This document shows positions 25,052-38,249 of a stretch of DNA of 64,000 nt, piece by piece (the first letter of the stretch is position 1; each line of letters begins with the position of its first letter). The DNA is from Nageia nagi (lineage: Eukaryota; Plantae; Pinophyta): NCBI GenBank assembly GCA_050084985.1, contig JBITNC010000001.1, positions 170,810,001 through 170,874,000 of the forward strand. The letters run 5' to 3'. A program made the translations under genes and the position numbers. The notes beneath the pieces are model-generated. The model was not told the DNA's origin. It did no database searches and was given only the letters and a program-made list of their open reading frames with translations.

Positions 25052-28000
25052 TCAAATTTTACTCCCCCTTGAGGGCAACTTCACCAACCTGATAGCATCC
25101 CTAAGCTTATAGAATTGAGCTTTTGCGAGGGGTTTGGTGAATAAATCAATGGAGTTCAAGGTGGATGGATAATACTTCATATGCATGATGCCATCAAGAA
25201 CCTTCTCTCTGCTAAAATGGGCATGGATTTCCATATGTTTTATTCTTTGATGGAACATAGGATTATTAGCCAAAGAAATAGTCGATTTATTGTTTAAATA
25301 AATCAAGTATGAGCCACCTTGCTCATATCCAATTTCTTTCAGAAGATATCTTAGCCAAATAGCTTCCTAAGTTGTAATAGACATGGCTCAGTATTTGACT
25401 TCTAAGTTGGAAAGAGAAATAATAGGTTACTTCTTGGAAGCCAAAGAGATAGCACCTAAATCAATGCTAAACACATACGTAAAGGTTGATTTTCTATCAT
25501 CTCTATCTCTCCCATAGTTAGACTATGAGAATCCAAAGAGAATAAATGACGGCAACTTAGAATACTTGAGAGCAAGATCTTTAGTTTCTGCAACATACCT
25601 CAAGATTTGCTTAATAACATTAAAGTGCTCAACATAAGGTTTCTGCATGAATAGTGCCATCAAGTTCATTGCAAAGGTAATATCTAGCTTGGATATAGTC
25701 AAATACAAAAGACTACCAATTAATTACTTGTAAGCTATAGCATCAACCAATTGAGAGTTAGAGCTCAGAGAAATAGAGATTCCAAAAGAGACTAGGATTT
25801 TCATCATATCTACATTCCTCCATTCTAAACTTCTATAACATGTTTGATATATACTTAGAATGATTGAGATAAGTACAATCTTTGTATTGATACACTTGTA
25901 TTATAAGATAGTAGTGCAAGAGACCAAGATCAATCATTTCAAACATTACCTTAAGTTTGGATATGCACTCTTGAATGATTTTATCATTATTCCTAGTTGT
26001 TAGAATATCATCCACATAAAGGATAATCAAGACCATGTCTTTTCTTTGATTGAGCACATATAGATTGTAGTTAGAAAAATACTTAGAGAAACCAATCTTT
26101 GCAAAATACCCTAAAATCTTTCTATTCCAAGCTCTAGGTGCTCACTTAAGTCCATATAATGACTTCTTTAGCTTTCACACAAAGGATTCTTTGCCTTCCA
26201 CAATGAACCCTTCTAGTTGATTAATGAAAAATTTCACATCTAAGTCACCATTGAAAAATGCACTCTTGACATCAAGTTGAAAAAATTTTCATTCTTGAGC
26301 TGCAAAAAGAGCAAGGATAATCCTCATAGTAGGCATCTTTGCCATGGGAGCAAAGGTTTTCTCATAATCTACATCATATTTTTGAGCAAAACCTTTGGCT
26401 ACTAACCTTGCCTTGTATTTTTCAATATCTCCAATTGAATTGAATTTGACCATGTAGATCCACTTATTGCCAATCATGTTATTCTCATTGGGATAAGGAA
26501 CCAAACCCCAAGTTTTATTTTTTATAAGCACCTCATAATCCATTTCATGGCTTCCATCCAACACTCATGCTTAGAAGCTTCTTTGAAGGATGAGGGCTCA
26601 TACTTTTTGTCAATCTTGGCAAATAAAGATTTATTCAAAGTCATGCTCCTTGTTACCCTTTATGTTGGAGAAATTTGTTCCTGAGGTGACTTATCTACAT
26701 CAATATCTAACCAGCAAGGTGCAAATGAAGATTCCTTAGGAACATCAACATTCTCATTAGAGGTAGATTCTTTAGGAAGTTCATTAAACTTTACATCCTT
26801 TGAAATAATCATAGCTTTGTAGGATGGAGAGTAGAGCCTGTAACCTCTATGTTGACTATCATAACTCATAAAGATGCATTTTTTAGCTTTTTTATTTAAC
26901 TTTTTCCTTTTCTTAGAATTAATGTAGGAGAATGCTTCACAACCAAACACCCTAAGGTGAGAAATGTTAGGTTTTCTTCCTAATCATGCCTCAAAAGGAG
27001 TTTTACTTTGAACAACTTTTGTGGGACACCTATTCAAGGTGTAAATAGGAGTTCTCACAGCTTCACCCCATAAGAAACTAGGAAGATTACTCAACATGCA
27101 TCTAGCCATCTCCATAATTATCCTATTTTTCCTTTCGATAACATCATTCTACTAAGGAGTGTAAAGAATTGTAAACTAGCTCTTGATTCCATACTTAGCA
27201 TAATAGTCATTGAACTCATTATTGTTATATTCTCCTTCATTATCTAATCTCAACATCTTGATTTTAAGGTTAGTTTGATTCTCAATAAAGGTCTTAAAAA
27301 TCTTAAAACTCTTAAACGTTTTATCCTTGTTCTCAAGTAGATACCTAAAGGTCATCCAACTAAAGTCATCAATAAAGGTCAAGATGTAAGATGCTCCTCC
27401 TTATTAAATTTAAATGCACAAGTTAAAGAGGTTTAGATACTCTTGCTACCTTATCTTTTTCAAACTTTTGTTTATGCATCTTGCTAAGAATGCACTTTTT
27501 GCATAGACCAACCGAAAGAGAAATTGATGCAAACCTTCCACAAGTTCTTATTTTTTCATGATTTGAATACTCTTATGGTTAAGATGCCCTAAACAATGGT
27601 GCCAAAGATTGCATCTAGAACACATACTAAAAGCATGACATATCTTTGATGGAACTTAATCCAAAATGTAGAGGTTATCTTTCATAGATCCTTTATCAAA
27701 AGTGGCAAGTCCTTTCTTAATGCACCAGGATTGAGAGTCGAACTCAAAAGAGTACCCTTTTTTAGCAACTTGGATCACAGAGAGAAGGTTTATCCTTAAT
27801 TTAGGAGCATAGAGAAAATTTTCAAGAACCTTTTCATGAATCAACACACTCTCAATTCCTTGGAATTTAAGAGTGAATTTATCACCTATCACAACCATAT
27901 CTTTTCTATACTTGTGAAAGTTCTCAAACTTTCCCTTTCAAAGCATAGGTAATTAGTGCAACCAGAATTAACAATCCAATTAGATGAAAAAGAGTAAGAC

Positions 28001-28973
28001 ATAGAGTAGAGTATTACAACAAAATTAGGATGAATATTCTCTTTTCCTTTATAGTTCTTTATATATCCATTGCTTTTGTTCTTTTCCTCTTTTTTCTTTT
28101 CATAGCAATCCACTTCTTTGTGACCTTGAATGCCATATAAGTTACAATTACCATCAAATTTTTTCTTAAGATAAAGATTATTTGCTTTACCTTTTCTATC
28201 TCTTTGTTTGAAGTGGTTGTTGCTATTGTTCTTACTACTGTGGTCATTGATTTTGTTGTTCCTGTTGCTATTGTAGCCATTGCCTCTTTTTTCAAACCTT
28301 TTGGAGGAAGAAGAATAATATTTCCTTTGATAGTTGAACTTCTTCTTGAAAGGAGTTTTGGTTACTTCGAGAGCAATGTTATTATCCTTAGGAGAAGAAA
28401 TCAACACCTTATTGTTAAGTGTTTTCTTATGCTTCAATAAGTGCCTAGAAAGGTTCTTAAGGGATAAGAATTCTTCTTCATCATCAAGCCTTATTTCCAT
28501 AACCATCACAAAGTTTTCAAACTTTGAAGAAAGGCTTTAAACAATGATGAAGACCATGAACTACACCCACAAGCAATAAGTTAGATTCTTAAATTAATGA
28601 TTTTATTCAAGTAGATTACAACATTTTCATCTTCTCCTTGATGAAATTGAAGCAACTTTTGGAGATTGGTAAACCTTCTTGAAAATTTTGAACCAAGGTA
28701 AATTTGCTTAAGTTTATCCTAAGCTTTCTTTTTTGAGGTTGAAGAGGAAATCATCAAGAGCACATCATCTAGAACTACACAGAAGATCATGAAGTTTGCC
28801 AACTCATTCTTTATGTTGTAAGCCTCTAGTGCCTTCTCATCTATAGGAGGTACAAGGTTCTCATTCACTGTTTGCCAAAACTTCCTTGTCGATAATTCAA
28901 CTTTCATCTATGGTTTCTAAATCTCAATGTTGGAACCATAAAGAATCTATTTGGGTAAAAAGGAGTCTCCCAT
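25052..28973 (-). pseudogene. copia gag-pol (gag, zinc knuckle, protease, integrase, RT, RNase H), many stops and frameshifts
   Basis: CNLYGIQGHKEVDC knuckle, WIVNSGCTNY protease, TFIDDFS/LRLDNEGEY integrase, YKARLVAKGFAQ and LYVDDIL RT, RIKHMEI RNase H. C-terminus KLPSRGS matches the first copia. Confidence 0.94.
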
Positions 28974-31416
28974 TTTCTACATAAGAATGTGAAATAATAA
29001 ACATATGGTTAATAACATTATATGTTAATTTTTAACCAAGTAAAAAATACATGTTAATTTCAACACAAAAGACATTCATGATTTAATTCACAAGTGCAAA
29101 TGTTTTACAACTCAAATAATCTTATGTACCAAAATACATTTCTCATCTCAAGAACCATGATGTAGAGTACCATTATTGAAGTTTGTTTTCTTATCTAAAA
29201 TAAGGCCTTCACTTGGATGCCCACACAAGAGGAGCCCAAGTACTACTAATCCTCAACTAGTTCACCTTAGTCAGTTTTATACTCTTACAAAGAGAAGTAC
29301 CTACTATTTTTCAAGGTTATGATGTTTATTGGATCAACTAAATTATTAATTTTAATTAGGTTTCAAGTTGTCCTTCTAGGTTATTAAGAACGTGATGATA
29401 TGTGGTATCACTACACATATGTCTGTTCACCTTTTGGAGTTATGTCTAGACCCACAAAGGATTTAGGGGCAATTGAGAAGTATGAGCTTTTCACCATTTG
29501 GATCATCAAACCTAAAGGCTTTAGTCCACCTATCCTCACCTCATGGCTTTCCAAACAAATCATGTTGTAGAATGTACATGCGGATGTATTCATTTTTAGA
29601 GGGTTGTTCATATGAATGTTTGCTTTTTTGTTTGAATAAGCAAATACAGTAAAAGATAAAACATGAAGTAAAGAGCATAAATAAAACATCATCCTTTTAA
29701 AATTTAAAACCTTAGTGTCTAATGGGTTTTGTTTACCAACCCCTAAAGGACACCTTTACATCATTCCTAAATTTGCAAGTCCATTCCATACTTTGCATAA
29801 AATAGGAAGTCATCAAATGCATCATAACTTAAAAAAATTTAAGCAATAGGCAAGCATTATTCCCATAACTTAAACATTTTAAGTAAGCATGCATTATTTC
29901 CTATACTAGTCCATTCATAAAGACTTTTAAAGAAAACATTTAAGAGGCATAAGCAAGCATTATTTTTTTAATTTGCATAAGTCTATCTATCACTTTGCAA
30001 TATAAATACTTAGCATGCATTATTTAACTTAAAAAATAATTAAGGAGCATGCATTAATTATTTGCATAAGTTAACTTTGCATAAGGAATTTTAGAAAGAT
30101 ATGATATCTAGATAAAATTTAAGTAAAAATTTATATAAGTTTTCACCTCTTTTAGTTAAATTTTATCCCCTAAAGATAGCATACTAGTTTTACCTTAGAA
30201 ATTTAACTAAGGAAAGAGGAAAAATGCTAAGCCCTAGTGTCTTTACTACTAGAAAATATTAATACCAAGTTTTTTTTTTTTAATTACAAACAATAAGCAC
30301 TAAAAAAAATGCTTAAATAATTTAATTATAGGCATTAAAATATTTACTAAAAAAATTACCTTAAAAATTGTCTGCTTAATGATTTTTTCCATTTAAACAA
30401 GTAAGAATTTAATAGCACTTAAGAGAAAAAGTCAAATATGTTTAATGCAATTTTACCCTAAGCACTCAAAGTAAAAAAAATAAAAAATACTCTAAGTTAG
30501 ATTCTATTAAATTTGGAGCACTTCTTAGTAAGAAATAAATGCTTTTAGGTAAAAAGTGATGGCCACCCTTCCTTTACCAAGAAGGAGTATACGTTGGTTT
30601 TGTAGATGCATTTAATGAATATGTTGCAAGTAAAAAAATTAATGCACAAACAACAACAAAAAAACATTTATTTTATTAAACAAGTCAATGGGGGTGACTA
30701 CACACGATAAAGGCACCGAGGAGGGAAGTTTTCTATGAGGTGTGCAAAGAGGGAAGCCACCTGCAAGGCACACAAGGAGACTGTAGAATGGAGGGGGAAT
30801 TAAAAAACACCTTCCCATAAAAAAAATATGAGTATCACTCTCACTCCACTTTGCCAAGATGCGTGGGTCTGCAAGGTTTGAAGGATAGAGGGGAGAGCTA
30901 GCATGTAGAGCTACAAGAGGAGGAGAAGTGAAGTTAATGGAGGAAAAAAAAGGATAGTGATTGAGAGGAGCTAAGGCATAGAGAGGAGAGGACAATGGCT
31001 CATGTTGCTTGCATTTTCATATTCGTACAATCTTGTCATTTGCCCACCAAAAAGGAGAATAGTGAATGAGGTATTCTTACAAGGATGCAAAGGAAACCAC
31101 AAGCAGAGAGAGGAGGACTATGATGGTGAAGGCAAGGTGGTGCCCAGATGAAGAACATGCTAGCCAAGGCCAAGGTGGAGAGGTCACAGAGCATTGTTCC
31201 TTTCCAGGATAGTGGCAGAGCTTGGCTATGAGGAAGAGAAAGGCTTAAAGGACCATGGTGGTGGAGCTCACGATAGCAAAGGTGGAGAAGCTGAGAGGGG
31301 TAAACTTAACCGTACAAGGAGGTAGAAGGAGGTCACTGGTAAATTCATGCATGGAGGAGTTAAAGTGGTGGTCACATCGAGAGCCAAGATGGATTGGGAG
31401 CTATGCTAGTTGAGAT

Positions 31417-31428
31417 GCTTTAATACCA
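31417..31428 (-). promoter_or_regulatory. Primer-binding site, tRNA-iMet type
   Basis: TGGTATTAAAGC versus canonical TGGTATCAGAGC, 2 nt from the 5' LTR. Confidence 0.85.
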
Positions 31429-31430
31429 AA

Positions 31431-31917
31431 TGAGAGAATTGAACTATAACATGAATAATCCTAAACTCCTAAGATCACAAGAAAGCTCTCAATTCATATC
31501 TAACTATCACACAAAGCAATCTCATAAAGATAACACAAGATGTAAGTGGTTCCTCTAACTAGAAGTACATCCATTAACTAGATCTTTACTTCAATCACAA
31601 ATACAACTCTCTTACAATCCTCCTAAACACTCCTTTAGCACAACTTTACTCCACAAATTGGTGTGTAATCAAAAAGAGGGAGCCTTCTATTTATAGGCCA
31701 AAATTCCTCTTTAGATCACCCTTTTATCCAATGTACAAAAGCATGACATGCACATCCTTTTACCCAAGGGGCATGCTCATGACATGGAGTGTAGGATAAG
31801 TTACATTATCATATTCACTTAATTACTTAAGGTATCAAATGATAACCTTAAGTATTAGTGAACATACATAGAAGATTATTACATAACCTTTACAATAATG
31901 CATTATATATTCTAACA
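31431..31917 (-). repeat. 5' LTR of nested copia
   Basis: TGTTAG...TCTCTCA termini on the minus strand, followed by the PBS. Confidence 0.95.
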
Positions 31918-31923
31918 CTTACA

Positions 31924-33000
31924 CTATCCACTTCTATATAGGTCTCCTAGTACATGAGATGGGGCTTTCCATCTCTACATTTGACCTATTGTACACCATT
32001 AGCTTGAGATGTACATCTTGTATCTATCCAAAGTATCTAAGTACTCAATGGTACTCAAAAAAATCTATTTGATCTCTACGAGTAATTACCCATCTTGCTC
32101 ATCAAGTATGAGATAGTTATATCCTATCCTCATCTCAAGTTGGTCCACCTTTATATGGCCTCCAAATCATGTCTTTAGGCTGTAGTCTCCTAAATATGTC
32201 TTTTAAATAGGCCACCTAACCACCTCTCATGCTTCTAGTCCTAGACTCATGGTGATGTCCCCAATGCATCATGTAGGGATACTTTATGCTAAGCTCCTTG
32301 GAACAAGGAGTATTTTAAGTGTGCACATCAAAGGGTAGATTTATTGGTCATGCCATCACTATATGCTTCCATCCCCACACCTGTAGGAATAGTGAGCAGC
32401 ATGTCCCTGTATGGACCCCTATCTCCATCTCCCATAACTCATGGTAAATATGGCCTAAGAAAGTTGGTCCCCATTGAATATTCTATCATCCTCTTGCATC
32501 TCCTTCAAAACCTGATAGAGCCTTCTTTCAAGGGAATCTACACCTTGAAGTGTCTGGTAGCACAAAGAATGTAATGACCATCATCATGAAGCATGTCAAT
32601 CTATCTATGATCTTGACCTTGTAGGCATGCTCATAGTAGAATCCTTCTCCACCCCACCATAATAGATGGTATCAATGACCAACTATCCTAATGGTTATCA
32701 CATCTCTCCCCACCTTGTCAGATAACCCAATCATAGGTGCAACCTCCATCAAAATCCTGAGAATTTGCTAGACATCCTATAAGGTCACAATACACTCTCC
32801 CATAGAAAGATGGAAGGTGTTGGTGAAACAATCCCATCACTCTCATAAGGATGTAACGTACCCAAAGTTTGCTACAACCTTATGTATCATGCTTATATAT
32901 CCCAAACCCACACTATGTCACAACATTCACTCTGATGTCGATATCATCTGCTATAGCTGTACATAGAGCTTACGAAAAATGGTGTCGCATGCATAAGGTC
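31924..33000 (-). pseudogene. Plant Mobile Domain (aminotransferase-like PMD) ORF, antisense in the Tat element 3' region
   Basis: Manual translation at ~32760-32860 gives SL*E*WDCFTNTFHLSMGECIVTL*DV*QILR, matching the PMD signature ERW..ET.TFHLP.GE.TITLQDV. Confidence 0.85.
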
Positions 33001-35831
33001 ACATTCAACTATCAAACCAAAATAGTATATTAAGTTAGTCATGTTACCATTTGTATGACCTATTTTATCTATCAAATACTAAAGTTACATTTGTAAGTGT
33101 TCTAAAAATATTTTTACCTTCATTATAATGTCATCTTTGCAGTAAATGTTGTGTCATCATGTTCAAATATTACCAAATACATATTTTTATCGTAGAGTGT
33201 CCTAAATAAAATTATTGTTCATGTAAACAAGTTATGTACCACTTTACACTAAGGAAGCTTATGCATATCTTCACAGTACTACCAAAATGTTAAACTTGCA
33301 TTAAAAATACTTGCTTACATGGTAAAAGTTGTAAACTTCTCAACAATGTACATGAGGTGCGTTTCAAAATTTATAAGAGCATGACTACAAATTGTTACCT
33401 TAGGGCAAACCATGCTAACAACTTGGATAATACATTTACCTTACAAATTTATAATGTTTATGCTATTTTGGTACACAAGAGTGTAATAACAAAATGAAAT
33501 TTTGCATTTGAAGAAGTTCCTTTTACAAGAAAAGCAAATTTGCATCCAACATGAGCAACTATCAAATTTTGCACAATTACATAAACTCAGCAAGAAATCT
33601 ATATTTTTTGGTGTTTAATCAACTTTTAGTGTCTTACGACACAAACCAATAAATTCCTGAAGTTATAATAACGAACTTGACATTTTTTCACAAAAATTAT
33701 CAAAAATTGCATTTTTTGGATAAAAATTAATTTAAATTGAAAAAATTTGGTAAAATTATGCAAAAATAGGTTCAATTCATTTTACAAAGTGTTAAATCTA
33801 GCCAATAACCCTTCAAGAGTGCTCAAACATGTAATTAAAAGGGTAAAATCTCAAAAAAAGAGCCAAATAGGGCCCAAAATGGATTATAAGCTAGGCGCAA
33901 TGCACCTAGGTCTAGGCATGGTACACCTGGGGGTCTATTCGCTAGGTGTGGTGCGCCTAACCTTAGACATAATGTGCTTATCCTGGGGTGCAAATTTGGA
34001 TCGCACCTAGGGTGCAAGAGGCCAAAAATTACATAAATTCATAAAAAATGCTTCATTCTTCATGAAACAAAATCCATGTCTACTTAATTGGGGTTGAATA
34101 AGTAGATGGGTTCCTATCTATTTTGCGATTTGATGCTTGAATTTGGAGATATTTGTAAAATTTGAATTTAAAAACCCTTATTTCACATCTTATTTAGGGA
34201 AAAATCACATTTTTAATTGAATTAGGTGATTTTACAAGAATTTAATTCAATTGAAAGGTTATGCATGGTAAAAAATTAGGTGGGTATCAAATGGATTTTG
34301 AATATGACCCATTGTTTATCCACAACAAGCAAACAAGCATGTAAAACCTTATTGTTGGACCTTTTTTGGAATTCAAATACCTTTTGATTTGGTTCATTTC
34401 AAAAGATTATATTTTGGGAATTATTTTCTATCTAAATGTTCAGTTTGAGTATTTGCACAACCATATTAGGGTAGTTTAGATTTTTATAAGAAAATGCAAA
34501 ATTCTACAATCTTTTTAACTAAAATACACTAAAAAATTCAAAAATGACATAAAAATGGGTTATTTGTGTTTTCAGGCCTACCTGGCATCTCGAGCATGTT
34601 TCACCAACAACTATTTGAGCTAAAGGTGCATCATTCACTACCATCTTGATCAATTACTCACTTTCCATTAAACTTCCATCTTGTACATGTAACAAATGAG
34701 GTAAAAAAGGGTAATTTTCTTACTTATTTACCTCTTTTTTTACTATTTTTAAATCAAAATTTGAATTTTGAGCTCGTGTGCAGGCTCAAATTTGTGTAAA
34801 TTTGTTTAAAATTATATTTTTTCAACCCATACTTTATTGCAAAATTATATTGGGGCAAGAAAAAAAAGAGAGACAAAAAACATTAAATGTGCAAAATTTT
34901 CACAAATCATCACACACAAATTTTTGCTTTTTCGATTGATTTTGTATTGATCATTATGATCAATGCAATATAGCTTGAGGGGGAAAACCACGTGATTGTT
35001 CAAATTTTTTTGAATTCTTTTTCACAAAAAGTGCAAAAAATTGAAAAAAAATTACCTTGAAAAATGTGTTTTCTTACAAAAATTGCAAAATTGTTCAAAG
35101 TTTCTTTCAAATTTGAAAAAATGTTCAAAGCTATCGAATTTTCACTTGATTTCAAAATTTTCAAAATTATAAATTATTCAAATGTTCAAATTTTTAAATT
35201 GTTTAGCAATACTACGTGCTTGCTAGTAAGTATAAGTGCTTGCTAGTAAGTCTATGTGCTTACTTCATCACGAACGCTTTGCATAGGTTTGAAACATTCA
35301 ATCATCAAATACTATATAAGTTGTTCAAAATCCTACCTCTAAGAACACATTTCTTAGCATTTGAATTTAATGAATACTACATTTGAATTGCTATGCACAT
35401 TTATTTTCAATTTTCCACAAACACATTGGTTAGGGTTTTAATTATCACAAGGTACATTCAAATTATTATCCATATTTGTTTTGAATTTTGATGAATACTA
35501 CATTCAAATTCCTCTCCATATTTATTTTGAATTTACCAAGAACACATTATTTAGGATTCAAATTTGATAAATGCTACATTTGAATCCTTATTCATATTTG
35601 TTTCGATTTTTTTTGCTCTTTTCTATCATGAATGCATTGTTTTTACATATTCGTTCAAAGTGTGCAAATTATTTGAAATTGTTCAAATTATTTCAATGCT
35701 CAAATTTTAAATTCCATATTGTTCAAATTTTATTCAAATGTTCAAATTACAAATGCTTTCTCAACTAACATCTAGGTATCTACACTTATTAAACTAAATC
35801 TTTTGTACAAAAGACCTAGTCCAAGGCAAAA

Positions 35832-36963
35832 TGTAGACACTGAAAAATAGCACTTTTTGAGTAACTATATGTTTATGAAATTTACATGTCTTAACTCATT
35901 ATTTTATTTATTCTTAATGTTTATTGTGCAAAGTAAAACTACTCAAAAGTTTAAATTAGAGCAAAAAGTGACTTAAAACACAAAAAAGAGCAAAAGTGGG
36001 TATCTAGCCCAAATAACTTAAGTTGAAAAAATAGGTATATAACTCAAAGTGAAATTAGAAAATCCTATCCTAAGTCATTTTCTCACTTCTACTCTTATAA
36101 TTTTTGCTCTCACATTATTGGTCCAAGATCATTGCTAGGGTTTGAGACAAGGTTTGAAGGATTCAAGGTTTTCACCACAAATCTCCATCAAATCTCTCAA
36201 AGCTTGTTTCCACATTTATGAGTGTAACATTTCTATGGTGTTTCTATGACTGAATTGAATTATTATTGGATTTATTTAAGGTTTTTGTATGATTTTAAGG
36301 TAATACACCATGGGAAAGCTTGGGAAGACTTACCTCTTGTATCGTCCACACAATTGTATGCATGTAGTGTGTTGTTTAGGATAAAATCATATTATCTTGC
36401 ATTTTCATCATTAAAATCATTGTTTGATCTCATAATAAACATACATTGCAAAAACTCATTGGATCTCATGGGTATCCTTGAATCTAATTGATTCAAGGAT
36501 CTTTAAATATCTTCTCATTTCAAGCATTTAATGTGCTAGATCTTAATTTTAGCCATTAAAACATGTAAATATTGCTTTCATAGTTCAAATCCATTATTAA
36601 AATTATTCAAAGAGCATTTAAACACAAGCATTTGCATAATAGGCATATATAATTTGTTTATTCTCAATGAATTGAGGGCTTGGGGGCTCACATGCCATTT
36701 GAAGTGAGGAGACTCACTTCATGCTCACCTATATGCCTCAAAGGGCCTAGGGTTGGAGGTCCCCCTTCCCATTTAGATGCATTTAGGGTTTATTAATGTT
36801 CTTGCAAAGTTTTAGGTTAATATTTAAAGATTTGGACCTAGCTTTAACAAGTTTTCTAATGAATGCTCATTAAGTAAAGCATAATTGTGTAATTTGAGGT
36901 TTGTGTGTGCATTTTATTTGTTTATGCATGTTAAGCCATATATAGCACAAATTTTGACCTACA
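35832..36963 (+). repeat. Probable 3' LTR of Tat/Ogre element (~1.13 kb)
   Basis: TGTAG...CTACA inverted termini, preceded by purine-rich AAGGCAAAA, with an abrupt switch to PPR sequence after 36963. The partner LTR is not in the window. Confidence 0.75.
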
Positions 36964-37115
36964 ATATTTCTATGAGACATTTTATTAAATAATTCCTAGG
37001 CTTTGTGTATTCTTCCACATTTTTCATACATGTTTATCAAGGCGTTCACAACTAGAACTTTCAATACAAAACCATTTTCTAGTACTCTTTGATGAATGTT
37101 CATACCTTTTTGAAT
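36964..37115 (-). pseudogene. PPR (PLS-class) gene fragment truncated by the Tat insertion
   Basis: Manual translation VNALINMYEKCGRIHKA*ELFNKMSHRN. Confidence 0.85.
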
Positions 37116-37439
37116 GTTAAAATGCTTTTAATAAAAAAATTACAATTTTATTTAATACAATTTTAAATTGATACAATTTAAAATGAATATTAATATAACA
37201 TTTAATATAAAATATAAAATTAATGTAATATAGAATTGATATAATTTAAAAAAATAAATATATTTAAAATTTATTCATTTTACAAAAAAATAATTTAAAA
37301 ATTTGATAAAATATATTTTGAATAATTACTAAAATTTAATATAAAATATACAAATAATTATACCTAAAATTTAATATATTACTAAAAATTATGAAGCTAG
37401 AAAAATGTTATATATATATATATTCAAAATTCTACTTTT

Positions 37440-38156
37440 CGATGCTAATAGCGATGCCATACTCAACACCAACATACCATGCAATTAGATAAAATCTTGA
37501 ATAATGTATCACTAATTTTGTCACCACATAATGCTAGCTTAAATGCCCATGGTGATGATTTGCAATGCCAAAAGTAACACTAAGTTTGTCACCATTATTG
37601 ACTCTGTTGTAGACACCTTTTATATCTCCACATGACACCAATTGAATGACAAAATCTTGAATAATATGTTGCTAATTTTGTTGTTATATGATTCCAACTT
37701 AGATACCCTTAGCAATCTTATGCAATGTGAAAAATGATACTAAGTTTGTTGTTATTACTGACTCTATTGTAGATGTTTATTATGTCATCATGTGATGCCA
37801 ATTGAATGATGAAATCATGAATAATATTTTGCTAATTTCATTGTCACATGACTCTAAATTAGATGCCCTTAGCTACCATATGTGATGTTAAAATTGATAC
37901 TACATTCATCTTCAGGTGATTCAACTAATGATGACATTGGGTGACTCTAATGATTATACCATTGACAACATCATGTGATACTAAGAACGAATCAAGTTGT
38001 GATGTCATATGACTCCATTAACAATGCTTATATTGATGCCTCTACTAATGGGTACATTAGCAACTTTCATGGTATCAAGAAATAAGGTAGAGGAAAATAT
38101 ATATAGACTACATGGTTATGCCATTGGTGACATCTAACATAATTTATCTTGTAGTG
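37440..38156. mobile_element. CACTA (En/Spm) transposon end remnant with subterminal repeats
   Basis: Ends ...TCTTGTAGTG (reverse complement CACTACAAGA). Three ~160-bp tandem units and many deaminated GTCGCCA/TGGCGAC-like motifs. Confidence 0.65.
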
Positions 38157-38249
38157 TGATCTATGTACCATAAGTGCTGAATAAAGTGCTCTATAATAAA
38201 ACCTACATTAGGGTTCAAAAACCCTAACTTATGCTTTATGAAAAACCAT

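Larger units (their letters stand above)
23836..31917 (-). mobile_element. Full-length but decayed Ty1/copia element, same family as 1-3604
   Basis: LTRs at 23836-24338 and 31431-31917, perfect TSD CTTAC (23831-23835, 31918-31922), PBS TGGTATTAAAGC, PPT AAGAGGGAG at 24339-24347. Confidence 0.96.
9786..31923 (-). mobile_element. Non-autonomous (gag-only, pol-less) Ogre/Tat-like LTR retrotransposon, ~14 kb excluding nested copia
   Basis: Paired ~1.05-1.09 kb LTRs, TSD CTATT (9781-9785) / CTATC (31924-31928), PBS at 22766-22782, PPT at 10880-10889. Gag is present; I recognised no PR/RT/INT motifs. Confidence 0.9.
3605..36963 (+). mobile_element. Ty3/gypsy Tat/Ogre-type LTR retrotransposon (3' part), host of the 9786-31923 nested insertion
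   Basis: Pol with an extra archaeal-type RNase H, an antisense PMD ORF that rejoins across the insertion, and a PPT-like CAAGGCAAAA followed by a TGTAGACAC...TTTTGACCTACA LTR. Confidence 0.8.

Noticed and set aside
35050-35760. Dense TTCAAA/TTTGAA motifs
   Set aside because: Low-complexity TE 3' region with no definable unit or period.
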